DNA of 64,000 bases from an uncultured Bacteroidota bacterium (GTDB taxonomy: Bacteria; Bacteroidota; Bacteroidia; AKYH767-A; OLB10): positions 11,518 to 75,517 of the forward strand of contig CAINEC010000174.1 in assembly GCA_903847585.1 (NCBI GenBank), read 5' to 3'. The position numbers were made by a program, and so were the translations under genes. Each line of letters starts with the position of its first letter. Position 1 is the stretch's first letter. The notes beneath the pieces were generated by a model. It was not told the origin of the DNA. It searched no databases and saw only the letters and a program-made list of their open reading frames with translations. This document shows positions 18,737 to 27,480 of the stretch, one piece after another.

Positions 18737-19474
18737 ATGATGAAAAAATTACTAATACTATTATTTATTTTCTTTTCATGTAATGTTATGGCTCAAGAAA
18801 ATAAATCAACTGCTGCTCCTGAGCAAATGGATGTGCAAACAATAGACGCTTTAGATAGCGTAATTTTTGATTGCTCCCAATTAACTGGAGTAAGTGGACC
18901 AATACAAATTCCTGTTTCAATTAAATCGGATGATTTAGTTTATTCGGTAGATTTTTCATTGAAGTATGATCATGCAGCTTTGCAATATGATACTACAGTT
19001 AATGTGACAACTTACTTATCAGGATTATCTAATTACTTTACAATCGATTCTACCATTCGTTTTACATCGAGTACGTTTACTCCATGTACAAACGATACAA
19101 CACTGGCATTAATTAAATTTATACTGTTAGCGCCATCGTTTAATAATGGAAGTATTTTTACGTTAAAAGGCTACTTAAATGGTACACTTTGTAGTGTTAA
19201 GTATATACCACCTTCACCGGTTGGACTAACAGAAAATACTATTGAGAATTTTAGTATTTATCCAAATCCAGCAAATGATGCAGTAACAATAAACTTCAAA
19301 AATTCCACAGCATTAAGCGTGGTTAATTTATTCGGACAAACTATTTATTCAGAAAATATTGAAGGTTTATCTTCAACTATGTTGAATACTTCGGAATATG
19401 CGAATGGCGTTTACTTTATTAAAGTAGACACAAATAAAGGAAGCGGGATACAAAAAGTAATTGTATCACATTAA
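18737..19474 (+). CDS. Secreted cohesin-like domain protein with a T9SS CTD
   Basis: Signal peptide. IQIPVSIKSDDLVYSVDFSLKYDHAALQYD...IRFTSSTF parallels the second cohesin-like module of the 15255 product (LDFALQFNTSAMSFN...LRFTSNSL). The CTD is FSIYPNPANDAVTINF...GVYFIKVDT...IVSH. Confidence 0.7.
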   Translation: MMKKLLILLFIFFSCNVMAQENKSTAAPEQMDVQTIDALDSVIFDCSQLTGVSGPIQIPVSIKSDDLVYSVDFSLKYDHAALQYDTTVNVTTYLSGLSNYFTIDSTIRFTSSTFTPCTNDTTLALIKFILLAPSFNNGSIFTLKGYLNGTLCSVKYIPPSPVGLTENTIENFSIYPNPANDAVTINFKNSTALSVVNLFGQTIYSENIEGLSSTMLNTSEYANGVYFIKVDTNKGSGIQKVIVSH

Positions 19475-19476
19475 AA

Positions 19477-20865
19477 TTAATACTCTTCTTCTGAAACAGA
19501 CATTGCTTCTTGTAGTGTCTGTTTTTGTTTTTCAGCTTCTTTGTATTGTCGGATAAATTCACTGTACCAGTAGCCAGAACTTTTAATTGTTCTTTTCTGA
19601 TTTTTATAATTCACGTGTACAATTCCAAAGCGTGGTGCATAGCCTTCCGACCATTCAAAATTATCAAGCAACGACCAAACAAAATAACCATTCACCTTCA
19701 TTCCTTCTTCTTTCGCTCTAAGTAGTTGCTGAACGTAGGATTTTAAATATTCTACTCTTCTTACATCATTCACTTCACCATCAGGAAGTACTTCATCTTT
19801 AAAAGCAGCACCGTTTTCGGTCACATATATTTCTGAAATATGACGATAGGAATTAAACTTCTTTATCATTTCATATAACGACTCTGGATAAATTTCCCAG
19901 TTCATTATTGTGCGATCTACATTTCTGCTTTTAGCATCTATTATTTTAGCTTTTAAAACAGGTTGAAGAAAATTATGCTTTACTACTTCGCGCGTATAAT
20001 TTTGGACACCGATAAAATCTGGACAGGCTTTGATTAATTTATTATCTCCTGGCAACATATATTTTTCTAGTCGCGATAAAAAAGGAAGATCATGAATAGG
20101 ATATCCATATCCCAATAATGGCTCAACAAATAATCTATTTATTAGTGCATCCACTTTATTACTTGCAATAATATCATTTTCATTATTAGGATTGTTAGGC
20201 GATATATGTGAGCAGGAAAATGTAGTACCCACGTGAGCATCTTTTACATTTTCTTTTAGTGTTTTAATTCCTTGTGCTTGACAGATTGCGGTATGATGTA
20301 ATGCAGGGAAGTAATTGCTTTCTCCTTTTCTACCTGGCGCATGAACACCTAAATAATATCCTGCACCTGTAAATACAACAGGTTCATTCAATACCATCCA
20401 GTTCTTTACGCGATCACCTAATTTTTTTGCAACAACTTCGGTGTAGTTGTTAAACCAACTTATAATATCGCGATTTGTCCAGCCACCTTTAAGTTCTAAT
20501 GCATGTGGCAAATCCCAATGATATAATGTGATCCAAGGAGTGATATCATTTTCTAAACATTCATCCACCAAACGATCGTAAAAACTAATTCCTTTGTGAT
20601 TAATGAAACCTTCTCCAAACGGAATTACTCTAGGCCATGAAATAGAAAATCGGAAATTGGGTATTCCTAATTGTTTTAAAAGTTGGATATCGTTTTTGTA
20701 TTGATAAAAAAAGTCACAGGCATGATCACCTTTATGATTATTCTGAATTTTATTTTTTCGTTTACAAAACTCATCCCATATAGATGCTCTCTTTCCATCA
20801 GCATATTTTCCACCTTCAATCTGGTAAGCGGAGGTAGCAACCCCCCAAACAAATTCATCTCTCAT
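19477..20865 (-). CDS. Glycoside hydrolase family 1 beta-glucosidase, no signal peptide (cytoplasmic)
   Basis: N-terminus FVWGVATSAYQIEGG, acid/base motif VLNEPVV, nucleophile motif YVTENGAAF, and C-terminal WSLLDNFEW. Confidence 0.9.
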   Translation of the reverse strand: MRDEFVWGVATSAYQIEGGKYADGKRASIWDEFCKRKNKIQNNHKGDHACDFFYQYKNDIQLLKQLGIPNFRFSISWPRVIPFGEGFINHKGISFYDRLVDECLENDITPWITLYHWDLPHALELKGGWTNRDIISWFNNYTEVVAKKLGDRVKNWMVLNEPVVFTGAGYYLGVHAPGRKGESNYFPALHHTAICQAQGIKTLKENVKDAHVGTTFSCSHISPNNPNNENDIIASNKVDALINRLFVEPLLGYGYPIHDLPFLSRLEKYMLPGDNKLIKACPDFIGVQNYTREVVKHNFLQPVLKAKIIDAKSRNVDRTIMNWEIYPESLYEMIKKFNSYRHISEIYVTENGAAFKDEVLPDGEVNDVRRVEYLKSYVQQLLRAKEEGMKVNGYFVWSLLDNFEWSEGYAPRFGIVHVNYKNQKRTIKSSGYWYSEFIRQYKEAEKQKQTLQEAMSVSEEEY

Positions 20866-20867
20866 CG

Positions 20868-21935
20868 TTAAGCTGTTTCTAATTGTTCTCCAGCAACTAG
20901 CCTTCTTAAGAAGCTGGTATCACGTTTAACGGTATGATTTAATTTTTCAAATGCATGCTTTTTAATGATTAAGTCGATAAGTTCTTCGGTGTTATCTTTA
21001 TAGTCGACTTTCACGGGCTTTGAATTGGCAATCCAATCAGATACGAGATCAATATTTTTCTTTTTTAAATTCTTTAAAACATGTACTCCCATCGATTTTA
21101 AAACAGCAGCATTACAATGTTGCTCAAATTGATTTTTCATCGGAATAACAAGCAACTTCTTTTTTAGGAATAAAGCTTCCGATGTAGTTCCAAATCCTGC
21201 ATTAGTAATAACACCATTGCATGTTGCTAAGCTTTCTATAAATGGCTCGCTCTTTAAAGGGAAGACGGTAAAGTTCCCTTTCTTGTAAGCAACTTTTGTA
21301 TGTTTACTAAAGATTTGAAATGGAACCGTTGAGGCGTACTTCAATTTTTCAATTATATACTTATCATCAAACGCTGGAAGATAAACAGTAATATGATTAA
21401 GAGTTTTTCTTTCAGCATTTCTTATAGCTTGTCGTATGATAGGAGTAGCTACTGTTTTATCAAAACTAATGAAATGAAATCCATAAGCATGACTAACGGG
21501 AGCGTATTTACGTAAAACTAATTTGCCGATTGGATCAGTAAACTTTGGTTGAGCTGCTTTTGGATGCAAGGCTGCAGCTTGATTGCTTAATCCTATGCAC
21601 GGCTTATTTTTTAGTTTCGCGGCCCAGCAAGAGATAGGTTCAAAATCGCTTATTATTAAATCGTAATCTTCAACGGGAAGCGATTTAATTTCACGAAGTA
21701 ACTTTTTGGTATCAAGATTTAAATACGTTTTTGTGAAATCAATTCCACCTTTTTTTCCAAAAGCAAATCCAAGTCCGTTGAATTTATATTTTATTTCGAA
21801 AGGCAAATCTAGTTCCCACTGTGAAGAACTAACGAGAATATCTACCTCACCTTTCTTTTTTAAAATTGGAATAATCTCTAGTGCTCTGCTGATATGTCCG
21901 TTGCCAGTACCTTGTATCGCGTATAATATTTTCAT
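20868..21935 (-). CDS. Glycosyltransferase (MJ1255/TIGR00661-like, GT28-related fold)
   Basis: N-terminus MKILYAIQGTGNGHISRA and C-terminal GVITNAGFGTTSEAL, characteristic of this GT-B family. There is a 4-nt overlap with the upstream gene. Confidence 0.7.
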   Translation of the reverse strand: MKILYAIQGTGNGHISRALEIIPILKKKGEVDILVSSSQWELDLPFEIKYKFNGLGFAFGKKGGIDFTKTYLNLDTKKLLREIKSLPVEDYDLIISDFEPISCWAAKLKNKPCIGLSNQAAALHPKAAQPKFTDPIGKLVLRKYAPVSHAYGFHFISFDKTVATPIIRQAIRNAERKTLNHITVYLPAFDDKYIIEKLKYASTVPFQIFSKHTKVAYKKGNFTVFPLKSEPFIESLATCNGVITNAGFGTTSEALFLKKKLLVIPMKNQFEQHCNAAVLKSMGVHVLKNLKKKNIDLVSDWIANSKPVKVDYKDNTEELIDLIIKKHAFEKLNHTVKRDTSFLRRLVAGEQLETA

Positions 21936-22792
21936 TCTTGATATTCGTGATCGTGATTAATTTCCTTGATTAAAAGCTGAAATAAATCTTTGTTATTCAA
22001 ATGAGACAATTCATCTTCTTCGGACACTTCTACTGTATTAGCTTGGTCGTGCTTATAAATAGACCATTGTCCTTTGTTATATTCGAGTGCAGTAAGATTC
22101 TCTATCCAATCGCCAGAATTCAGATAGATTACATTCCCATCTTCGTTACTGATTGTTTTTATTTCTGGATGATGAATATGTCCGCATACTACATAATCAT
22201 ATTTTTTTGCGATGGCAATATCAGCGCATATCTGTTCGAAGTCGTTGATGAACTTCACCGCTTTCTTAACGCTGTTTTTAATCTTCTTGGATAATGAAAT
22301 TTTCTCGCGTCCGGTTTTTTCTAAAATGAAATTGGTAAAACGATTTAATAGTATTAATGTATCGTATCCAATAGCTCCTAGTTTAGTTAGCCACTTTGCA
22401 TGTTGCATTGTAACATCAAATACATCACCATGAAAGACCCATGCTTTCTTTCCATCAAGTTCAAGTATCAGTTTGTTCTCAATTGAAAGATTACCTAATT
22501 TAAATCCAACAAACCTTCGTAAAAGCTCATCGTGATTACCAGTGATATAATGCACAGGAACTCCTTTCGATGCAAATCGAATAATTTGTTTTACAACTTT
22601 TAAATGTGATTTTGGAAAATAGTTTTTGCTGAACTGCCAGATATCAATAATATCACCATTCAGGATAATTACTTTCGGCTTGATGGTTTTGAGGTAACTT
22701 ACTAATTCCTTTGCATGACATCCATAAGTTCCTAAATGGATATCGGATAAAACAAGAACATCTATTTCCCTTCTTCCTTTGAAGTCAGTCAT
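21932..22792 (-). CDS. Calcineurin-like metallophosphoesterase, LpxH-like (UDP-2,3-diacylglucosamine diphosphatase family)
   Basis: Metal-binding motifs LSDIHLG, LNGDIIDIW, GNHDE and CGHIH in the order expected for LpxH-type enzymes. Confidence 0.7.
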   Translation of the reverse strand: MTDFKGRREIDVLVLSDIHLGTYGCHAKELVSYLKTIKPKVIILNGDIIDIWQFSKNYFPKSHLKVVKQIIRFASKGVPVHYITGNHDELLRRFVGFKLGNLSIENKLILELDGKKAWVFHGDVFDVTMQHAKWLTKLGAIGYDTLILLNRFTNFILEKTGREKISLSKKIKNSVKKAVKFINDFEQICADIAIAKKYDYVVCGHIHHPEIKTISNEDGNVIYLNSGDWIENLTALEYNKGQWSIYKHDQANTVEVSEEDELSHLNNKDLFQLLIKEINHDHEYQE

Positions 22793-23006
22793 ATTTTCGA
22801 ATTACATTTCTTCTGCAATATCAATACGACTAGTAAGATGTTTTAACGGCGACAAAAACGAAGTCATACTATGTATGAAAAGCCACTCTGTCGATTTCCT
22901 GATAAATTTTGTAAGTAGTCTTTTGAATTTCACGATACAAGTTTAACCTGCAATTATTAGGTTAAAATCATCGTATCGTTAATCAATTATTAATTGTGAG
23001 TGGGAT

Positions 23007-23822
23007 TTATTCCACCACAAACCAAGGATTCAATAAATTTTCCTTGTTGTAAACTAATGGTTCGTTGCTGTCGGTATGACGAACAGTTAAGCCTGCTCCT
23101 AAAGCAATTGCATGTCCTGCGGCCGTATCCCATTCCATAGTAGGAGCAAAGCGAGGATATACCTCTGCTGCGCCTTCAGCAACTAAACAAAGCTTTAATG
23201 AACTTCCTTTCGAAATCAAATTGATTTCTCCATGCTTTGATTTTAACTGATCTATAAAAGCAGTTGTTTCTTCACTCATATGGCTACGACTTGCAACAAC
23301 AGTAAACACGCGATCTCCTTTTGCAATAGGTAGTTTATTGCTTTTGCTAATCAATGAATCAATGAAGTTATCGTTGTTGATCATTTCAACTAATGCATCG
23401 ATGGAGCAATTTAATTTATAAGCACCAACACCTTCTATCGAAAAATATAAATCGTTAATTACAGGTGCGTATATCACTCCTCCAACGGGAGTCTGATTTT
23501 TAATTAAGGCAATGTTAACCGTGAACTCTCCATTGCGCTTGATGAATTCTTTTGTTCCATCTAAAGGATCTACTAGCCAGAATAAATCCCAGTTCTTTCT
23601 ATCTGTATAATCAATCGATTTACCTTCTTCACTTAAAACCGGCAGCGCAGTGCTTTCTAAATATTTTACAATTTCAGAATTAGAACGCTTGTCGGCTTCG
23701 GTAAGCGGACTCTTATCGTCTTTCATTTCAACGATAATTTCTCCTTCGTAAACTTTTAAAATTTCTTTTCCTGCGTGTACGGAAGCAACAATTGCTTGCT
23801 CAATTAATTTAGTGTAGTTCAT
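23007..23822 (-). CDS. cysQ: 3'(2'),5'-bisphosphate nucleotidase CysQ (PAP phosphatase)
   Basis: Inositol-monophosphatase fold motifs LSEE and WLVDPLDGTKEF, plus the C-terminal WDTAAGHAI. The ATG at 23822 (MNYTK...) is preferred; the track start at 23831 is a TTG. Confidence 0.85.
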   Translation of the reverse strand: MNYTKLIEQAIVASVHAGKEILKVYEGEIIVEMKDDKSPLTEADKRSNSEIVKYLESTALPVLSEEGKSIDYTDRKNWDLFWLVDPLDGTKEFIKRNGEFTVNIALIKNQTPVGGVIYAPVINDLYFSIEGVGAYKLNCSIDALVEMINNDNFIDSLISKSNKLPIAKGDRVFTVVASRSHMSEETTAFIDQLKSKHGEINLISKGSSLKLCLVAEGAAEVYPRFAPTMEWDTAAGHAIALGAGLTVRHTDSNEPLVYNKENLLNPWFVVE

Positions 23823-23823
23823 C

Positions 23824-25098
23824 TTAAACAATCATTCCTGCTGCCACTGTTTCGTTGGTAGCTTCATCAATTAAAATAACACTTCCTGTATGACGGTTTT
23901 TACGATATGAATCGAAGTAAAGAGGAACCGTTGTTTTAACATTGATTCGTGCAATATCATTCATCGCAATCTCTTTATCTGATTCATTACGATGCATCGA
24001 GTTAATATCCACTTTATAACGAATGTCTTTAATCACACAACGAGCATCTTTTACCGTATGACGAATAGCATACTTGCCACCAACTTGTAAATTGTTTGCA
24101 TTCATCCAGCAAATCATCACATCAAATTCCTGCTCCATCGATGGAACATTGTTTTCACGCACAATCATATCACCACGACTAATATCTACATCGCGGTCTA
24201 ACGTCATCGTTACCGACATAGGAGCATAAGCTTCTGAAATTTGTTCGCCAAATAACTCAATCGTTTTTACTTCTGCTGTTTCTCCGCTAGGAAGGATTTT
24301 TACTTTATCGCCTGGCTTATAAATTCCACTCGCAATTCTTCCAGCGTAGCCTCTGAAATCGTGATACTCGGTTTGTTGTGGACGAATAACATACTGCACA
24401 GGGAAACGACAATCAATATGATTTTCATCGCTGCCAATATGTAAGTTCTCTAACAAGTACATCAATGTCGTTCCTTGGTACCAAGGCATGTTTGTCGACT
24501 TATCTACAACGTTATCTCCTTTCAATGCACTGATTGGTAAAAAGTGAACGTCTTTAATATCCAGCTTCGTCGATAAGTTTCTGTATTCTTCCACTACCTT
24601 CGAGAATACTTCTTCAGAATAATCAACAAGATCCATTTTATTCACGCAAATAATCAAATGCGGAATTTGCAGCAACGATGCAATGAATGAATGTCGGATA
24701 GTTTGTTCTAAAATTCCTTTACGTGCATCTACTAAAATCAAAGCAGCATTGGCTGTTGATGCACCGGTAACCATGTTACGTGTATACTGAATATGTCCTG
24801 GAGTATCAGCAATAATAAATTTACGTTTCGGAGTAGCAAAATAACGATATGCTACGTCAATTGTAATTCCTTGCTCACGCTCTGCTTTTAGTCCATCAGT
24901 TAATAAACTTAAATCAACGTGCTCAAATCCACGCTGCTGACTTCTCTGTTCAATTGCTTCTAATTGATCTTCAAAAATCTGTTTTGAATCGTAAAGCAAA
25001 CGACCGATTAACGTACTTTTTCCATCATCAACACTACCGGCTGTGGTAAACCGAAGTAGTTCCATGTTCATATAACCTTCACTGCTAAAATCGCTCAT
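23824..25098 (-). CDS. cysN: Sulfate adenylyltransferase subunit 1 (GTPase) CysN
   Basis: G-domain motifs GSVDDGKSTLIGRLL, DTPGH and NKMD. At 424 aa it has no fused APS-kinase domain. Confidence 0.9.
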   Translation of the reverse strand: MSDFSSEGYMNMELLRFTTAGSVDDGKSTLIGRLLYDSKQIFEDQLEAIEQRSQQRGFEHVDLSLLTDGLKAEREQGITIDVAYRYFATPKRKFIIADTPGHIQYTRNMVTGASTANAALILVDARKGILEQTIRHSFIASLLQIPHLIICVNKMDLVDYSEEVFSKVVEEYRNLSTKLDIKDVHFLPISALKGDNVVDKSTNMPWYQGTTLMYLLENLHIGSDENHIDCRFPVQYVIRPQQTEYHDFRGYAGRIASGIYKPGDKVKILPSGETAEVKTIELFGEQISEAYAPMSVTMTLDRDVDISRGDMIVRENNVPSMEQEFDVMICWMNANNLQVGGKYAIRHTVKDARCVIKDIRYKVDINSMHRNESDKEIAMNDIARINVKTTVPLYFDSYRKNRHTGSVILIDEATNETVAAGMIV

Positions 25099-25123
25099 AA
25101 TTTATTTCTCTATCACTTATTAA

Positions 25124-26029
25124 TTAAAAATAACCTGCTTTCTTTCTATCTTCCATTGCTGTTTCACTGCGCTTATCATCATGACGTGTCCCTCGTTCTG
25201 TTACTCTTGATGCAGCAATCTCATCGATAATTTCAGATAGCGTAGAGGCAGGTGACTCAACAGCACCTGTACAAGTCATATCGCCAATGGTGCGGAATCG
25301 TACTGTTCGTGTTTCAATCAAGTCGCTATCTTTTTTCATGATGAATTCAGAGTTGGCTAATAAAACACCATCACGAAGAATGATTTCACGCTCATGCGAA
25401 AAATATATTTCAGGAATAGCAATTTTTTCTAATTGGATATACATCCACACATCCATCTCCGTCCAGTTCGAAAGTGGAAACACTCGGAAGTGCTCGCCCA
25501 TATGCTTTTTGCCATTCAATAACATCCATAATTCAGGACGTTGATTTTTTGGATCCCATTGACCGAATTCATCACGGTGAGAAAAGAAGCGTTCTTTGGC
25601 TCTTGCCTTTTCTTCATCTCTTCTAGCTCCGCCCATAGCAGCATCAACTTTTAACTCTTCTAAGGCGTCAAGCAAAGTAACTGTTTGCAATACATTACGA
25701 CTGGCATTAGGTCCTTTTTCTTCACGCGCTCTTCCTTTGTCGATAGAGTCTTGCACATAACGTACTTCTAATCGAGCACCTATCTCTTCTACCATTTTAT
25801 CTCTGAAAACTAATGTCTCAGGGAAGTTATGTCCGGTATCTACGTGTAATAATGGGAAAGGAATTCTAGCAGGATAAAAAGCTTTTCTTGCAAGGTGTGT
25901 CATAACGATAGAATCCTTGCCTCCAGAAAAGAGCATCGCAGGACGCTCAAACTGTGCAGCTGTCTCGCGGATAACGTAAATGGCTTCCGCTTCCAGCTCA
26001 CGCAAGTGATTCAAGTGATATTTTATCAT
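25124..26029 (-). CDS. cysD: Sulfate adenylyltransferase subunit 2 CysD
   Basis: PAPS-reductase-like fold with [17 protein letters not shown] and C-terminal EDRKKAGYF, all typical of CysD. There is an ATGA overlap with cysC. Confidence 0.9.
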   Translation of the reverse strand: MIKYHLNHLRELEAEAIYVIRETAAQFERPAMLFSGGKDSIVMTHLARKAFYPARIPFPLLHVDTGHNFPETLVFRDKMVEEIGARLEVRYVQDSIDKGRAREEKGPNASRNVLQTVTLLDALEELKVDAAMGGARRDEEKARAKERFFSHRDEFGQWDPKNQRPELWMLLNGKKHMGEHFRVFPLSNWTEMDVWMYIQLEKIAIPEIYFSHEREIILRDGVLLANSEFIMKKDSDLIETRTVRFRTIGDMTCTGAVESPASTLSEIIDEIAASRVTERGTRHDDKRSETAMEDRKKAGYF

Positions 26030-26631
26030 AATTTACTAATCTCTATTTTATCTTGAATAAAACTATAAATATTGTTCACGCATTCTTCCAACGTCGCTTT
26101 GTCGGAATGAATATGAATCTCTGGTTGTTCAGGTTTTTCGAATGGGGATGAGATACCTGTGAAATTAGGAATCTCGCCTTTGCGTGCTTTCGCGTATAGC
26201 CCTTTAACATCGCGTTGTTCGCAGACTTCCAAAGGACAATCAACAAAAACTTCCACAAAATCACCTTCAGAAACCAATGACCTTACTGTTGCTCGGTCCT
26301 CTTTGAAAGGAGATATAAATGCTGTGATGACAATGACTCCAGCATCAACAAACAACTTGGCTACTTCTCCAATACGGCGAATGTTTTCTTTTCTTCCTTC
26401 CTCAGAAAAGTCGATGTTTTTATTTAAGCCATGACGAATATTATCGCCATCGAGCAAATAGGTCTTGAAGCCATTCTCATGTAACAACTGCTCTAAGCTA
26501 TCAGCAATAGTGCTTTTGCCTGAACCTGATAAACCTGTTAGCCAGATAATCAATGGCTTTTGCTGAAGCAATTGAATTCTGTCCGCCTGACTGATTTTAT
26601 ACTGTTGTTTAACGATGTTGCTCGATGACAT
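26026..26631 (-). CDS. cysC: Adenylylsulfate (APS) kinase CysC
   Basis: Walker [26 protein letters not shown] and FISPF motifs. The ATG at 26631 (MSSSNIV...) is preferred over the TTG-initiated track start at 26688. Confidence 0.9.
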   Translation of the reverse strand: MSSSNIVKQQYKISQADRIQLLQQKPLIIWLTGLSGSGKSTIADSLEQLLHENGFKTYLLDGDNIRHGLNKNIDFSEEGRKENIRRIGEVAKLFVDAGVIVITAFISPFKEDRATVRSLVSEGDFVEVFVDCPLEVCEQRDVKGLYAKARKGEIPNFTGISSPFEKPEQPEIHIHSDKATLEECVNNIYSFIQDKIEISKL

Positions 26632-26853
26632 ATTTGACCTTAGGTAAGGTTTACAATTCAATTTGCGAATTTCGCCCTTTTTTCCCAATTATTAAACTTT
26701 TATTTAAGCTATATCAATCAAATTCAATTTAAATTAAGGGGAATAAATGGGGTGTCTACCAATTTAACTTTTTAAACCGGTATAATTAGACTCTGAATAG
26801 CGATAAAAGACAGTTTAAAAAGCACTAAAAAATTAAATCATGTTAGGTTATTA

Positions 26854-27480
26854 ATGCCTCACTACCTAACTTCGTATGCGCTAATTATTATGATTATTTG
26901 CTTCCCAAAAGCTACCCAATTGAAGTCCAGGATAATTTTATTCGCCCTTGTATTGATAGCGGGTTTCGTGTACGCATCTGTTAGACAGGTATATTCTGTT
27001 AAATCTTCAAAGGTTATTTTTAAATCGGTTGCCGAGCTAGAAACAATAACTGCCGAATCAACGACATTAACAGGACTCGTGGATCCCACCAATAAGAACT
27101 TTGCATTTTCAATCAGTAATAAAAGTTTTGATGGCTTTAATAGCTCCCTACAAAAGGAACATTTTAATGACAATTATATTGAAAGTGATAAGTATCCAAC
27201 GACCACGTTTACTGGAAGAATAATAGATGAGATTGATTTTAAAAAGCCAGGCACCTATGTGATTCGTGTAAAAGGGATGTTTAAAGTTAAAGGGGTTACT
27301 AAAGAGGAGCTCATAAAAGGAACAATTGATGTAACTCCTTCAGGATTAAAACTGAACACGAATTTTTCGTTGTTGTTAAGTGACTATGAAATTAGAGTTC
27401 CACGAATCGTAAATCAGAAAATAGCTCCTGAAATAAAAATAACTATTCAGGCTAATCTAGTACTCACTACAATCAAATGA
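26854..27480 (+). CDS. YceI-like (polyisoprenoid-binding lipocalin-like) domain protein
   Basis: FAFSISNKSFDGFNSSLQKEHFNDNYIESDKYPTTTFTG...GVTKE is a YceI family pattern. The stop overlaps the kinase start (ATGA at 27477-27480). Confidence 0.75.
   Translation: MPHYLTSYALIIMIICFPKATQLKSRIILFALVLIAGFVYASVRQVYSVKSSKVIFKSVAELETITAESTTLTGLVDPTNKNFAFSISNKSFDGFNSSLQKEHFNDNYIESDKYPTTTFTGRIIDEIDFKKPGTYVIRVKGMFKVKGVTKEELIKGTIDVTPSGLKLNTNFSLLLSDYEIRVPRIVNQKIAPEIKITIQANLVLTTIK

Noticed and set aside
22800-22931. Possible 21-43-aa minus-strand ORF (…MTSFLSPLKHLTSRIDIAEEM) in the gap upstream of the LpxH-like gene
   Set aside because: It is very short, has an ambiguous GTG or ATG start, shows no motif, and I cannot assess conservation. 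This is insufficient support to call a gene.
26632-26688. N-terminal 19-aa extension of cysC in the track ([19 protein letters not shown])
   Set aside because: The extension starts at a TTG. The ATG at 26631 gives a normal-length APS kinase.
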